DNA from: Bacteroidaceae bacterium
GTDB lineage: Bacteria; Bacteroidota; Bacteroidia; Bacteroidales; Bacteroidaceae
Length of the DNA: 64,000 nt
Direction of reading: 5' to 3'
Assembly: GCA_045586125.1 (NCBI GenBank)
Contig: JAZMZT010000218.1
Coordinates: 22,006-86,005, forward strand
Within the stretch, counting starts at the first letter, position 1, and each line of letters starts with the position of its first letter. A model generated the notes under the pieces. It saw nothing but the letters and a program-made list of their open reading frames with translations. It made no database searches and was not told the DNA's origin. The position numbers and the translations under genes are program-made. Shown here one piece after another: positions 8,492-17,700 of the stretch.

Positions 8492-9631
8492 ATGAAATTT
8501 TCAGCAGATTCCAGTGCTTTGCTCCGCACCCTCGGTTTCGTTAGCAAAGCCATCAGTCAAAAGAGTATCCAACCCATTCTCCTCTACGGCCTGGTCCGTC
8601 AGGATGGAGATCAGTTAACCATCACCGGCAGCAGCACCGCGTTCAGCCTCACTCTGCCTCTGCCCGTCGCTTTGCTGCCTGGTCAGGAGTTCCAGCCCTT
8701 CTGCCTCAACGTCTTTGATTTCATGGCCTACCTCAAGGAACTCCCCGCCGGTCCTATTGAGATAACCGTCGATTCAGGCAACTGGCTCACCACCGTAGTC
8801 TATGCTCAGGGTGAGTTCCAGATACCCTCCTCTGCTGCCGATGACTACCCGCAGATTGAGGTCAATGGTGATGCCGACCTCAGCTTCGCCCTTGAGCCGT
8901 CCGTCCTCCTGCCCGCCGTCAAGCAGGCCGCCGGTTTCATCCATGAGGATACCCTACGTCCCGCCTTCAACTGTGTCGCATTCAACGTCACCAATGAGGG
9001 AGTCACCTTCTATGCGTCCGATGGCCATATCTTCTACCGCTATGAGCATCAGCACGGAGTACCCTTCATTGATGAAGGCTCCCCCTCAGTCATCGGTGTC
9101 AACTACGTCTGTGTCAATGCCCTCGCTGCTGCCTTTGCCGATGCAGAGAGCATCACCATACGCCATTTCGCCAAGTACATAGAGTTCAGCAGCGGCTTCA
9201 TCCGCCTCATCGTCATGAATCTGGAGGCCAAGTTCCCCAAGTATGAGGCTATCATTCGCAAGACCAGCCCCTATCATATCGTCGCCGATGCTGCCCTGCT
9301 GCGTGCCGTCATCCGCCGTATGTCAATCCTCAGCCCTGAGAGCACCCGTCTTATCATACTCTCACGTGTCGAAGGTGGCATCTGCCTCTCAAGTAATGAC
9401 ATAGAAATGTCTAAGTCAGCCAAGGAAACCATCCTCTGTGATGACGTAACTCTGCCAGACGGCTACCGCATAGGCATCGCCTCCACCACTATACTCACCT
9501 CACTCGGTGTCATTGGTACGTCCGATGTCCGCCTGGAACTCGATGGCCCCGATAAGGCCCTCCTCTTCCGTGAGACCGATGCCTCCTCGCATGTCCTCTC
9601 ACTCTGTATGCTCATGCAACTCACAGACTGA
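8492..9631 (+). CDS. dnaN: DNA polymerase III beta sliding-clamp homolog
   Basis: 379 aa, the right size for three clamp domains. The N-terminus MKFSADSSALLRTLGFVSKAISQKSIQPILLYGLV...LTITGSSTAFSL follows the conserved DnaN opening pattern. Confidence 0.7.
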   Translation: MKFSADSSALLRTLGFVSKAISQKSIQPILLYGLVRQDGDQLTITGSSTAFSLTLPLPVALLPGQEFQPFCLNVFDFMAYLKELPAGPIEITVDSGNWLTTVVYAQGEFQIPSSAADDYPQIEVNGDADLSFALEPSVLLPAVKQAAGFIHEDTLRPAFNCVAFNVTNEGVTFYASDGHIFYRYEHQHGVPFIDEGSPSVIGVNYVCVNALAAAFADAESITIRHFAKYIEFSSGFIRLIVMNLEAKFPKYEAIIRKTSPYHIVADAALLRAVIRRMSILSPESTRLIILSRVEGGICLSSNDIEMSKSAKETILCDDVTLPDGYRIGIASTTILTSLGVIGTSDVRLELDGPDKALLFRETDASSHVLSLCMLMQLTD

Positions 9632-9957
9632 TGCGTAAGAGGTATTCATTATTCTATCAGACCGCAGGTACATACTACTATGTCACCACCGATGGCCGTA
9701 TCCTGAGCACTCGCGCTCAGGATACCCCACCGGAAACGTGGCGTGTCGTAGCCACCTATAACGGCAAGGGTTATCGCCGTGTCCGCCTGCAGGGCAAGAC
9801 CTTTAAGGTCCACCGCCTTGTGGCCGATGCCTTCCTGCCTAACCCGGACCACCTGCCTTACGTCCTCCACCTGGACGGAGACCGCACCAACAATAACGTC
9901 TCTAACCTCTGCTGGTCTGCCCGCCAAAGCAACCACCCTAACAACCCCGCCCGCTGA
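9631..9957 (+). CDS. HNH homing-type endonuclease
   Basis: GYRRVRL...KVHRLVADAF...HLDGDRTNNNVSNLCW is the HNH_3-type signature. Its start overlaps the clamp stop (TGATG). Confidence 0.8.
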   Translation: MRKRYSLFYQTAGTYYYVTTDGRILSTRAQDTPPETWRVVATYNGKGYRRVRLQGKTFKVHRLVADAFLPNPDHLPYVLHLDGDRTNNNVSNLCWSARQSNHPNNPAR

Positions 9958-9959
9958 CT

Positions 9960-10076
9960 ATGAAATGTAAAGACTGTTGTGACCCCTTTTGTCAACATCG
10001 CACCACCGATGCTACACGTGAATGCTCTCTTACTCGCCAAGGGTCTCAACTTCAACCTAACTATCCCGTATCCTAA
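9960..10076 (+). CDS. small Cys-rich ORF (38 aa)
   Basis: MKCKDCCDPFCQHRTTDATRECSLTRQGSQLQPNYPVS. The ATG lies in the recurring GCTGACTATG context, and the stop overlaps the methyltransferase ATG (TAATG). It is below the ORF-track length cutoff. Confidence 0.35.
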   Translation: MKCKDCCDPFCQHRTTDATRECSLTRQGSQLQPNYPVS

Positions 10077-10835
10077 TGGAACTTGACCGCATATACAATA
10101 TGGATTGCCTGGAAGGAATGAAATCCATGCCAGATGACAGTGTGGATTACAGCATCACCAGTCCGCCTTATAACTTCTGCTTACGGCTTCATGGTGGCAG
10201 GTACACACATCGTTCATCAGGAGAGCAGCGTGCCGGTCTTAAAGTAAACAAATATACCAATGGCCTGTCAGATTCTCTGCCTATGGAAGATTATTACCAG
10301 TGGCAGTGTGACTGCATAGACCAGATGCTCCGTCTCACTAAGGATATAGTCTTTTATAACATCCAGATAGTGACCGGCAACAAAAGCGCAGTACTCCGCA
10401 TCTTGGGTAAGTATGCTGACAACATCAAAGAGGTCCTTATCTGGGATAAGTGTAATGGAGAGCCCGCCATACAAGGAGGTGTCCTGAATTCGGAATATGA
10501 ACTTATTCTGGCTCTCAGCAAGAATGACTGCAAGAGCCGTCAGTTTTATAATGCGCAGTTTGAACGTGGTACCATGAGCAACGTCATACGTATAAACAAG
10601 AATCATGAGAACCAGCATCGTGCAGCCTTCCCTATGATGCTGCCGCGCACTTTAATTTCCAAATTTACCCCCCCCCCAATCGGTTATCTTAGACCCCTTT
10701 ATTGGGAGTGGAACTACAGCCGTAGCGTGCATCAAAGAGAAACGTCATTATGTAGGCTTCGAGCTTGATCCAAACTACTACAAATTAGCCGTCAAAAGAA
10801 TCAAAGAGTTCAGTATGCAACTCACCCTGTTATAA
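10076..10835 (+). CDS. beta-class SPPY DNA methyltransferase (N4-C/N6-A type), frame broken at a C10 tract
   Basis: Motif IV is ITSPPY near the N-terminus. After the C10 tract the AdoMet motif VILDPFIGSGTT...GFELDPNYY continues in the next frame to the TAA at 10833-10835. Nine C's would give one continuous ORF (..LISKFTPPQSVILDPFIGSGTT..). Confidence 0.8.
10668..10677 (+). repeat. C10 homopolymer tract T2 (CAAATTTA-C10-A)
   Basis: Counted directly. It lies at the frame break of the methyltransferase. Confidence 0.9.
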
Positions 10836-10866
10836 TGGAGTGGGGGAGTCTGTCTGAATTTTCCTT

Positions 10867-10902
10867 TTGTCCCTAACTCCCCGCCTGTCGAGCATACTTT
10901 TG
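10867..10902 (+). promoter_or_regulatory. conserved promoter cassette TTGTCCC-N21-TACTTTTG
   Basis: One of five copies with the same two boxes 27-28 nt apart (10867, 45821, 49880, 57571, 63729). The -7 box TACTTTTGGGTATAA is identical to the copy at 45848. Confidence 0.55.
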
Positions 10903-10924
10903 GGTATAATAAAACCACCCAACT

Positions 10925-12223
10925 ATGCTCATCAGTTCAGTAGAGGAGCTCCGGCTCTACACCCCGGCTCATGCCATAGATAACTTTGACTCCATAGCCG
11001 GTTATCTTGACAGTTCAGAGTATGACTTCCTCATAGACAAACTCGGACCTGCTCTCCATACCGCCATCACAGAGTACTACGCCTCGCTTGTGCAGAGTGA
11101 GAATGGTATCCGCGACTTCATCAATGCTGTCCATAGCACCACGCCTATGGAGCCTATGATGCGCCTGCTCTCTCTCTGCCAGCGTGTCATAGCGTTTGAT
11201 GCTCTTGGTCGCTCCATAGACATTCAGGCCGTCTCCGTTAACGGTTCCGGAGTCAACTTCAACGTTGCGTCTGATTATCCCAAGGCCGAGCGTGAAGCAA
11301 TCATAGCCTATAAGAATAACTGCATAAAAGAGTCTCATGTCGCCGTCAACCGTCTTCTGGTTGCTCTTGAGGAGTGGACTCAGCAGCAGCCCTCATCCCC
11401 TGCATCGGTATCAGGTGGTACCACTCAGGATTCCGCTCCTGAGTCTGGCGCAGAGCCCGTAACCGTAACCGTAAGTGATCCCGTGACTGACCCTGCATCT
11501 CCTACAGATGCAGATCCCGCAGTCGTAAACGAAACCGTAAATGATTCCGGTACCACTGATTCCGATGCTCAGGATGACACCCAGCAACAGCCCGCACAAG
11601 AGCAGGAGGACCCCCAGCCAACCCCAGCCGAGCAGATAGCCCGCATAGTAGAGCTCTGGCGTAACTCCCGCTACTACTACCTTGCTGCAGGCCTTATCAT
11701 ACCCTCCGCCTCAGTCCTCCAGAACTACTATAACATCTATGACTCCCGTGAGCGTTTCATCCAACTCCTCGCCGAGCTCCGCTTCATTCAGGAGACCTAT
11801 ATAGGTCCCGTCATAGGTGAGGACCTCATGGAGTACTTAATAGACCACGCCCGTAACACTCCTGCCTGGTATGATATCAACCCCCGTGACCTCGAACGCG
11901 TACAGCGTTTCCTGGCCCGCCTCATACACATGCTCCGTAAGACCGTCGCCTCATACCTTGAAGCCACCAGTGCCGTGCTCAAGGTAACAGAAGAGCGTAA
12001 GGTCACAGCTCGTAATGAGGCCGTCATGGGCATCAAGAACTTTACAGATTATGTCACCGTCCATCAGGGAGACTTCCCTACCGATGAGGATGCGCAGAAA
12101 GCCCTCCATACCTCACCGCTCTACGTAGCCCCCGCACCCTCGGCACAACCCAAACCCGAGCGTAAGTTCCAGAACAACGCTCCCGGCTCTGTCCTGTTCG
12201 TCACACCTGCCCTTGACCATTAA
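10925..12223 (+). CDS. hypothetical virion-associated protein with acidic low-complexity centre
   Basis: ORF track, 432 aa. It is the first gene after the promoter cassette and heads the block that ends with the tape measure. No motif recognised. Confidence 0.55.
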   Translation: MLISSVEELRLYTPAHAIDNFDSIAGYLDSSEYDFLIDKLGPALHTAITEYYASLVQSENGIRDFINAVHSTTPMEPMMRLLSLCQRVIAFDALGRSIDIQAVSVNGSGVNFNVASDYPKAEREAIIAYKNNCIKESHVAVNRLLVALEEWTQQQPSSPASVSGGTTQDSAPESGAEPVTVTVSDPVTDPASPTDADPAVVNETVNDSGTTDSDAQDDTQQQPAQEQEDPQPTPAEQIARIVELWRNSRYYYLAAGLIIPSASVLQNYYNIYDSRERFIQLLAELRFIQETYIGPVIGEDLMEYLIDHARNTPAWYDINPRDLERVQRFLARLIHMLRKTVASYLEATSAVLKVTEERKVTARNEAVMGIKNFTDYVTVHQGDFPTDEDAQKALHTSPLYVAPAPSAQPKPERKFQNNAPGSVLFVTPALDH

Positions 12224-12252
12224 CCCCGCACCCCAACAAATAGCGTTGCACC

Positions 12253-14778
12253 ATGACCCAAGCCCGCCCTGCTGATTATTGGTTCTCGTCGTCGGCCATC
12301 TTCATACAACTCAATGCAGCCGGCAACAATGACTATATCCATGCCAACTGTGCCACTGGAGCCATGGTTCTGTGCTACATGAAAGATATCCCTGGTCTTG
12401 GTTATGACAACGGCCACAATTACCGCCGTTGGACTCTTGTAGCCAGCCCCACCGTCTTTCATGACCATAACAAACGCTACGTCTATATCGCCATACCCCG
12501 CTCTGATGCCGTTGACTCTGTAGCCCAGTTCGTTTTCCCTCTTGAGGAACTTGACATTTATGGCTGTAATGAGAACGGCCAGCAGATAGGCTCCACTGAT
12601 TACTACTACATCTGGACCCAAGGTATCATTGCGGCCTCTGAGGTTAGTGGTGTCCTCCGTCCCCGTGAGTGGGAGCAGGTCATAGACTCCGGAACCCTTG
12701 CATCCGATGAGGCTATTGCCGGTGGTGGCTCTGACTCATGGTGGGAGTATATCGCCTCGTCCGATATGGTCCGCTTCATCAAGACCATATCAGAGGCCGT
12801 GTTCCTCCGCCTCTCCGCTACTTGGGCTACCATCACCAACTTGGTACTCGGAGGCCATACCCTTGATGGCGTAGCCGATGATGACACCCTCAGTGATAAC
12901 AACACCCGTGTCGTCACCCCCTCTTTCGGAAACAAACGCTATCTCTCCCGCACGCACGATGACATTGCCGCCGGTAACATAACCCTCCTCCAGAACCTTG
13001 AGGTCCGTGGTGAGACCATCCTCAAACGCACCGCCACTGTAGGTGACTATGTAAAAGACATTCAGGTAGGCATCGGCTCCCGTTCTGGAGTCCGCATCTA
13101 TGATGACGGTACCATAATAGCCCGTAACCTCGAACTCTCTCAGGGCCTCTCCGTACCCACCATCAAGTATAACAGCATCGAGGTACTCTCTGGCACCCGC
13201 TGGGATAGCGCAGGTAAAGGGCGTGTCAAGGAAATCATAGACCTTGATGACTCCCTCCATACCTGCCAGTTCGTGCTTGACCTCAATGACGGTGAACCTG
13301 GAGAGTTTGTCGTCAATGACCTCCTCCGTGGTTTCTGGCATAACATAGATGACAATCAGAATGCTTCCGTAAGTTCCGATAACCGTCACGGCCAGATCAC
13401 TCGCGCCGGTTTCCAGAGTATCTATTGCCGCGTCACCAACGTAGCTAATATCGTAGAGCGTACTGTCGATGAAGTCACAGAATATATCGTGCCTGACGTA
13501 CACTATCAGTCGCAGGATGGTGATATCCTTCTCGTCAACGGCCTCGTTACCGTCGCCATGCGTCAGTTTGACACCACCCCCGCCACCTGGTCGCCCGCTC
13601 CAAGCAAGTGGAGCGTATTGAGCCAGTCCGGATACGCTGGTGCTGACCATCCTGAACGTCAAAAGTTCACCGTCTATACCACCTCCTACACCGCACGCTT
13701 TGAGGGTGTCAGCACATGGGAATGGCAGGATGCCAACTTCGTAGGTGCACAAGGAGACCTTACTGGCTTCGCCATGCTCTCCATAGAGGATGGTCAGGTC
13801 CACCGCCGTGAGTTCACCGGCGAAGGTTTCGTCACCAAAAACGCCTACATCTACGGTACCCTTGACCAGTTCACTCGCTTCTCAGACCGCATCCAGATAG
13901 TCCTCTCTCGCCCCGATGGTACCATTGCCTCCGGCGAGACCCTCCGTGCCGATTTTGCGCTGCGTGACATAGAGGGCACCTATATCGCCTCCGGTTACGT
14001 TATGCACATAACCCGTCAGTCTGGTGATGCCGCCGCCGATGCCGCCTGGAACGCCGCCATCGCCGCCCAGTACCCCGATGGCATTCCCTCTGCTCTCAAC
14101 TTCGTCTTTAATGACATCCCGGAGCAGGGAGCCTTGTATCTCGTCACCGCCACCCGTCAGGTCAACGACGGCATCACCACCGTCAACTACACCACCTCCG
14201 CCTCCTTTGTCCTCTCTCGCGCCTATGCAACTGAGGTCTTTCACGGGGAGTGGAGTGAACTCACCACCTACGCCCGTACCACCCGCACATACCCCACCGT
14301 CACCTACGGAGGCTGCAAGTGGTATCTCGTAGCCAACAGTTCTACCGATGATGAACCCAGCCCTGTCAGCAACATCTGGCACATGGTCTATGGAGTAGAG
14401 GACCTTGAGATACGCTTCTATAATGCCTCCGGTCAGCGCGTCACTGCCGCCTCTGCCTATCCTGGTAGCGTCAATATCTATCTCATGCCTCACCTCTTCT
14501 GTGGCAACTTTGATATAAGTGACTCCCTCCTCAGCACAGATTGGTCATGGTCTCGCTATACCGGCCACTATGGTGAACCCATAGATACCCGCACCCCTGC
14601 CGACCGTCAGTCCGATATTGCCTGGCCAGCCTCACACTGGCCCGATATCCCCCAGACCCGTCAACTTACCATCACCAATGATGACCTCCCACCCACCTGG
14701 GGCAGCGGTCCCGTAGTCAACTTCATAATTACCGCCGCCTACGGAGACCTCCTCATCGCCAACGTCGTAAACATCTAA
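12253..14778 (+). CDS. large structural (tail-associated) protein
   Basis: ORF track, 841 aa, immediately upstream of the tape measure gene. The function is inferred from position only. Confidence 0.5.
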   Translation: MTQARPADYWFSSSAIFIQLNAAGNNDYIHANCATGAMVLCYMKDIPGLGYDNGHNYRRWTLVASPTVFHDHNKRYVYIAIPRSDAVDSVAQFVFPLEELDIYGCNENGQQIGSTDYYYIWTQGIIAASEVSGVLRPREWEQVIDSGTLASDEAIAGGGSDSWWEYIASSDMVRFIKTISEAVFLRLSATWATITNLVLGGHTLDGVADDDTLSDNNTRVVTPSFGNKRYLSRTHDDIAAGNITLLQNLEVRGETILKRTATVGDYVKDIQVGIGSRSGVRIYDDGTIIARNLELSQGLSVPTIKYNSIEVLSGTRWDSAGKGRVKEIIDLDDSLHTCQFVLDLNDGEPGEFVVNDLLRGFWHNIDDNQNASVSSDNRHGQITRAGFQSIYCRVTNVANIVERTVDEVTEYIVPDVHYQSQDGDILLVNGLVTVAMRQFDTTPATWSPAPSKWSVLSQSGYAGADHPERQKFTVYTTSYTARFEGVSTWEWQDANFVGAQGDLTGFAMLSIEDGQVHRREFTGEGFVTKNAYIYGTLDQFTRFSDRIQIVLSRPDGTIASGETLRADFALRDIEGTYIASGYVMHITRQSGDAAADAAWNAAIAAQYPDGIPSALNFVFNDIPEQGALYLVTATRQVNDGITTVNYTTSASFVLSRAYATEVFHGEWSELTTYARTTRTYPTVTYGGCKWYLVANSSTDDEPSPVSNIWHMVYGVEDLEIRFYNASGQRVTAASAYPGSVNIYLMPHLFCGNFDISDSLLSTDWSWSRYTGHYGEPIDTRTPADRQSDIAWPASHWPDIPQTRQLTITNDDLPPTWGSGPVVNFIITAAYGDLLIANVVNI

Positions 14779-14790
14779 CTCCTCATAGCT

Positions 14791-17700
14791 ATGGATCGTA
14801 AAACAGAAGTCGTCATAACAGTCAACAGCCGCCAGCCGGTAGCTGCTGTGCGTGCTATGAAAACTGAACTCGATAAGCTCAATAAATCCTATCAGCAACT
14901 CTATAACTCTGGTAAGGCTGGCTCTGCCAAGGCCAAGCAGATGAAAAAGGATATAGATGCTCTTACAGCTGCCGTAAAAGGTTGTGAGACTGATATGGAA
15001 AAGGTCGATAAGGTTGTCAAAAACCTCTCGTCCGCCACATTGACACAACTTCGTTCTGCCCTCAAGCAGGTTGAAAAGGAGATGAGCCATACTGCCGGCA
15101 ACTCTCCCAAGGTTCAGGAACTCCGCAAAAAGTATGAGGCTCTCACCGGCCAGATTTCCAAACTCAAAGGTGAGATGGGTCTTATGACTAATAGCATCAA
15201 TGGCCAGGCCTCTGCATGGAAAACAACAATCCATAATATCACCACCTATTTCGGATTATTTCAACTCGTTTCTATTGCCCGTGATAAGATGCAGCAACTG
15301 TTCAAGATGAACTTTGAACTCTCAGATCAGATTGCTAATATACGTAAGGTCTCAGGTCTTGCTATTGAGGATGTCAACCTCCTTACTAAGAATCTCGCCA
15401 AGATAGATACCCGCACCACCATTCAGGAACTTAATGATATCGCCTATGCCGGTGCTAAGCTCGGTCTGGGTAAGTATGGTATTGAGGGCCTTGAAGGATT
15501 CGTCAACGCTGCCAACCAGGTGAACGTAGCACTTAAAGAGGATCTCGGTGCCGATGCTCTTACCGCTCTCTCTAAGATAACAGAGGTAATGGGTCTTATA
15601 CCTAAGATGGGTGTTGAACGTTCCATGCTGGCCGTCGGTTCCGCTATGTTCCAGTTGTCAGCAACATCTACTGCCACCTCCGGTAATATAGTAGAGTTCA
15701 CCAAGCGTCTCACCGGTATGGCCCGTACTGCAGGTATCACCACAGACCAGTTGCTTGCTATAGGTTCTGCTGCTGATGCCATGTATCTTATGCCCGAGGT
15801 TGCTTCAACCGCATTCAGTAAACTTATCAATTCCCTGCAAAAGAATCATAACCTCATTGAGAAAGCACTTGAGATTGAACCTGGTACAATCAACAACCTC
15901 TACTCAACAGGTCGCACAATGGATGCTCTCGTCCTCATCTTTGAAAAGATGCGTGAAAAGGGTAATATGAACGCCCTGCAGGACGTATTCAAACCTCTGG
16001 GCTCAGAGGGTGCCCGTCTTACCAACGTCATGGTAACAATGGCACAGAATGTTGATATGCTCAAGTCACATCTTGAGGTCTCTAAAAAAGCGTTTGCCGA
16101 GGCTACTGCCGTTACCCAAGAGTATAACATCCAACAGGAGACCGCAGCCGCTCTCATGGAGCGTGCCAGCAATATCTGGACTAAGGCCTTCATTAACCCC
16201 GATGGAGTTGATATGGTAAAGGCCTTCGCTCAGGAATGGTATAACCTCTCTCTGCGAATGACCCAGAGTGAAACCACTATGCAGAGCGTCAGGACCTCTC
16301 TTGGTATGATTATCAAAGCTGCCGAGGTTCTCATTCGCATTCTGCCGTTACTCATTCGCTACCTGATGTTCTATGGTGTCTATGCCGCCATAGCCAAGGT
16401 TGTAAAAGGATTTGTTGCCATGCGTGCAGCCATTATGGCAGCCGAGGGAGCCACTAACAAGTTCAATGCCGCTCTTAAAAAGAATCTCATAGGTCTTGCT
16501 GCCGCTGCATTGGCTACTCTTATTACATATCTTCTTGATTACACACGTGCCAATCGTGATGCTGCTAAGTCTCTTGACATAATACAGCAGACAGAGAAGG
16601 AGGCTACAGAGGCTTCTGTTCGTGAGCGTGCCGAGATTAAACGTCTTTATGAGGCAACTCAGGATCTCACTGCATCCCAAGAGGAACGTCTCCGTGCTGC
16701 AACAGAATTAAAGTCTAAGTATCCTAAATACTTTGAGGACCTAACCAACGAGGAGATTCTCGCCGGCAATGCTGCCGATGCCTATAAACGTCTGGCCGAT
16801 GAGATATATGCCGTAGCCCGTGCTCGTGCTTATCAGGATAAGTTGCAGGAACTCTATGAGAAACAGATTGAAGTTGAAGATAAGATAGAGGCACAGCGTC
16901 CTATTGTTCAGGCCGAGCAATCTAAGGCTGCCGAAGAGCAGTTCCGTCTGGACCAAGAGCGTAATAAGAGAGGATTCATCCCTGGCTATACCGTTGGCGT
17001 AGGTATGGAGGTGGATAGGGTAGTTTCTTGGGATAAGTATAACGAGGAGAATGCTAAACTCAAAGAGTATGAAAAAGAAAAGAAACAAATTGTTGATGAC
17101 ATAAAGAAACTTGAGGAAAAGATTCGCACTTCTGGTGCTCTATATGTTAATCCTGATTTCAATGGAACTCTTGATCAGGATGCAGCCGATGCGGGTGAGA
17201 AAGCCGAGATGCGCCAGCAACTCAAAGAGGCTCAAGACCAGGTACGTGCTGTCATAGACAATATCAAGAATTTCTACCAGCGTCAGATAAATGAGGTTCT
17301 CCGCACCGCTAATGAGCAGAACTGGGATTCCGCACTTGTAGAGGCCTCCACTGATGCTATTACTGCTCGCATGAACGTCGCTCTGTCTCAGGCCCGCAAA
17401 GCCCTTGCAGGTCAGAACAACTTCTGGTCTGACTTCAAAGAGACAATGGTCGATGATATGCGTGAGGTTGCCGATGAGATTGGATACAATGAATCTCAGG
17501 TGCTGCTTGACAGCATTGTTAATGCAGACCCGGATGCCATACGTCACCTCATAGAACGGTTGTCCGGTCAACTCGGCATGGTGCAGAATGCCGCCATAGA
17601 TGCCATCTGGAAAAACTCCACCCTCAATGAAGGTGCTAATGAGAAAGCCGCTAAAAAGCATCGTGATGAGATAACCCGCCGCCTCCTTGAGGACAACTAC

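Noticed and set aside
12790-13803. 337-aa minus-strand ORF inside the 841-aa structural gene
   Set aside because: It is an antisense shadow ORF. Its G/V/D/E/I-rich composition is typical of the complement of C/T-ending codons. It is fully nested in a much longer sense gene, and no other minus-strand genes occur in this block. The same reasoning applies to 17140..17811, 19018..19590, 13882..14493, 54807..55517, 7905..8471 and 30569..31198.
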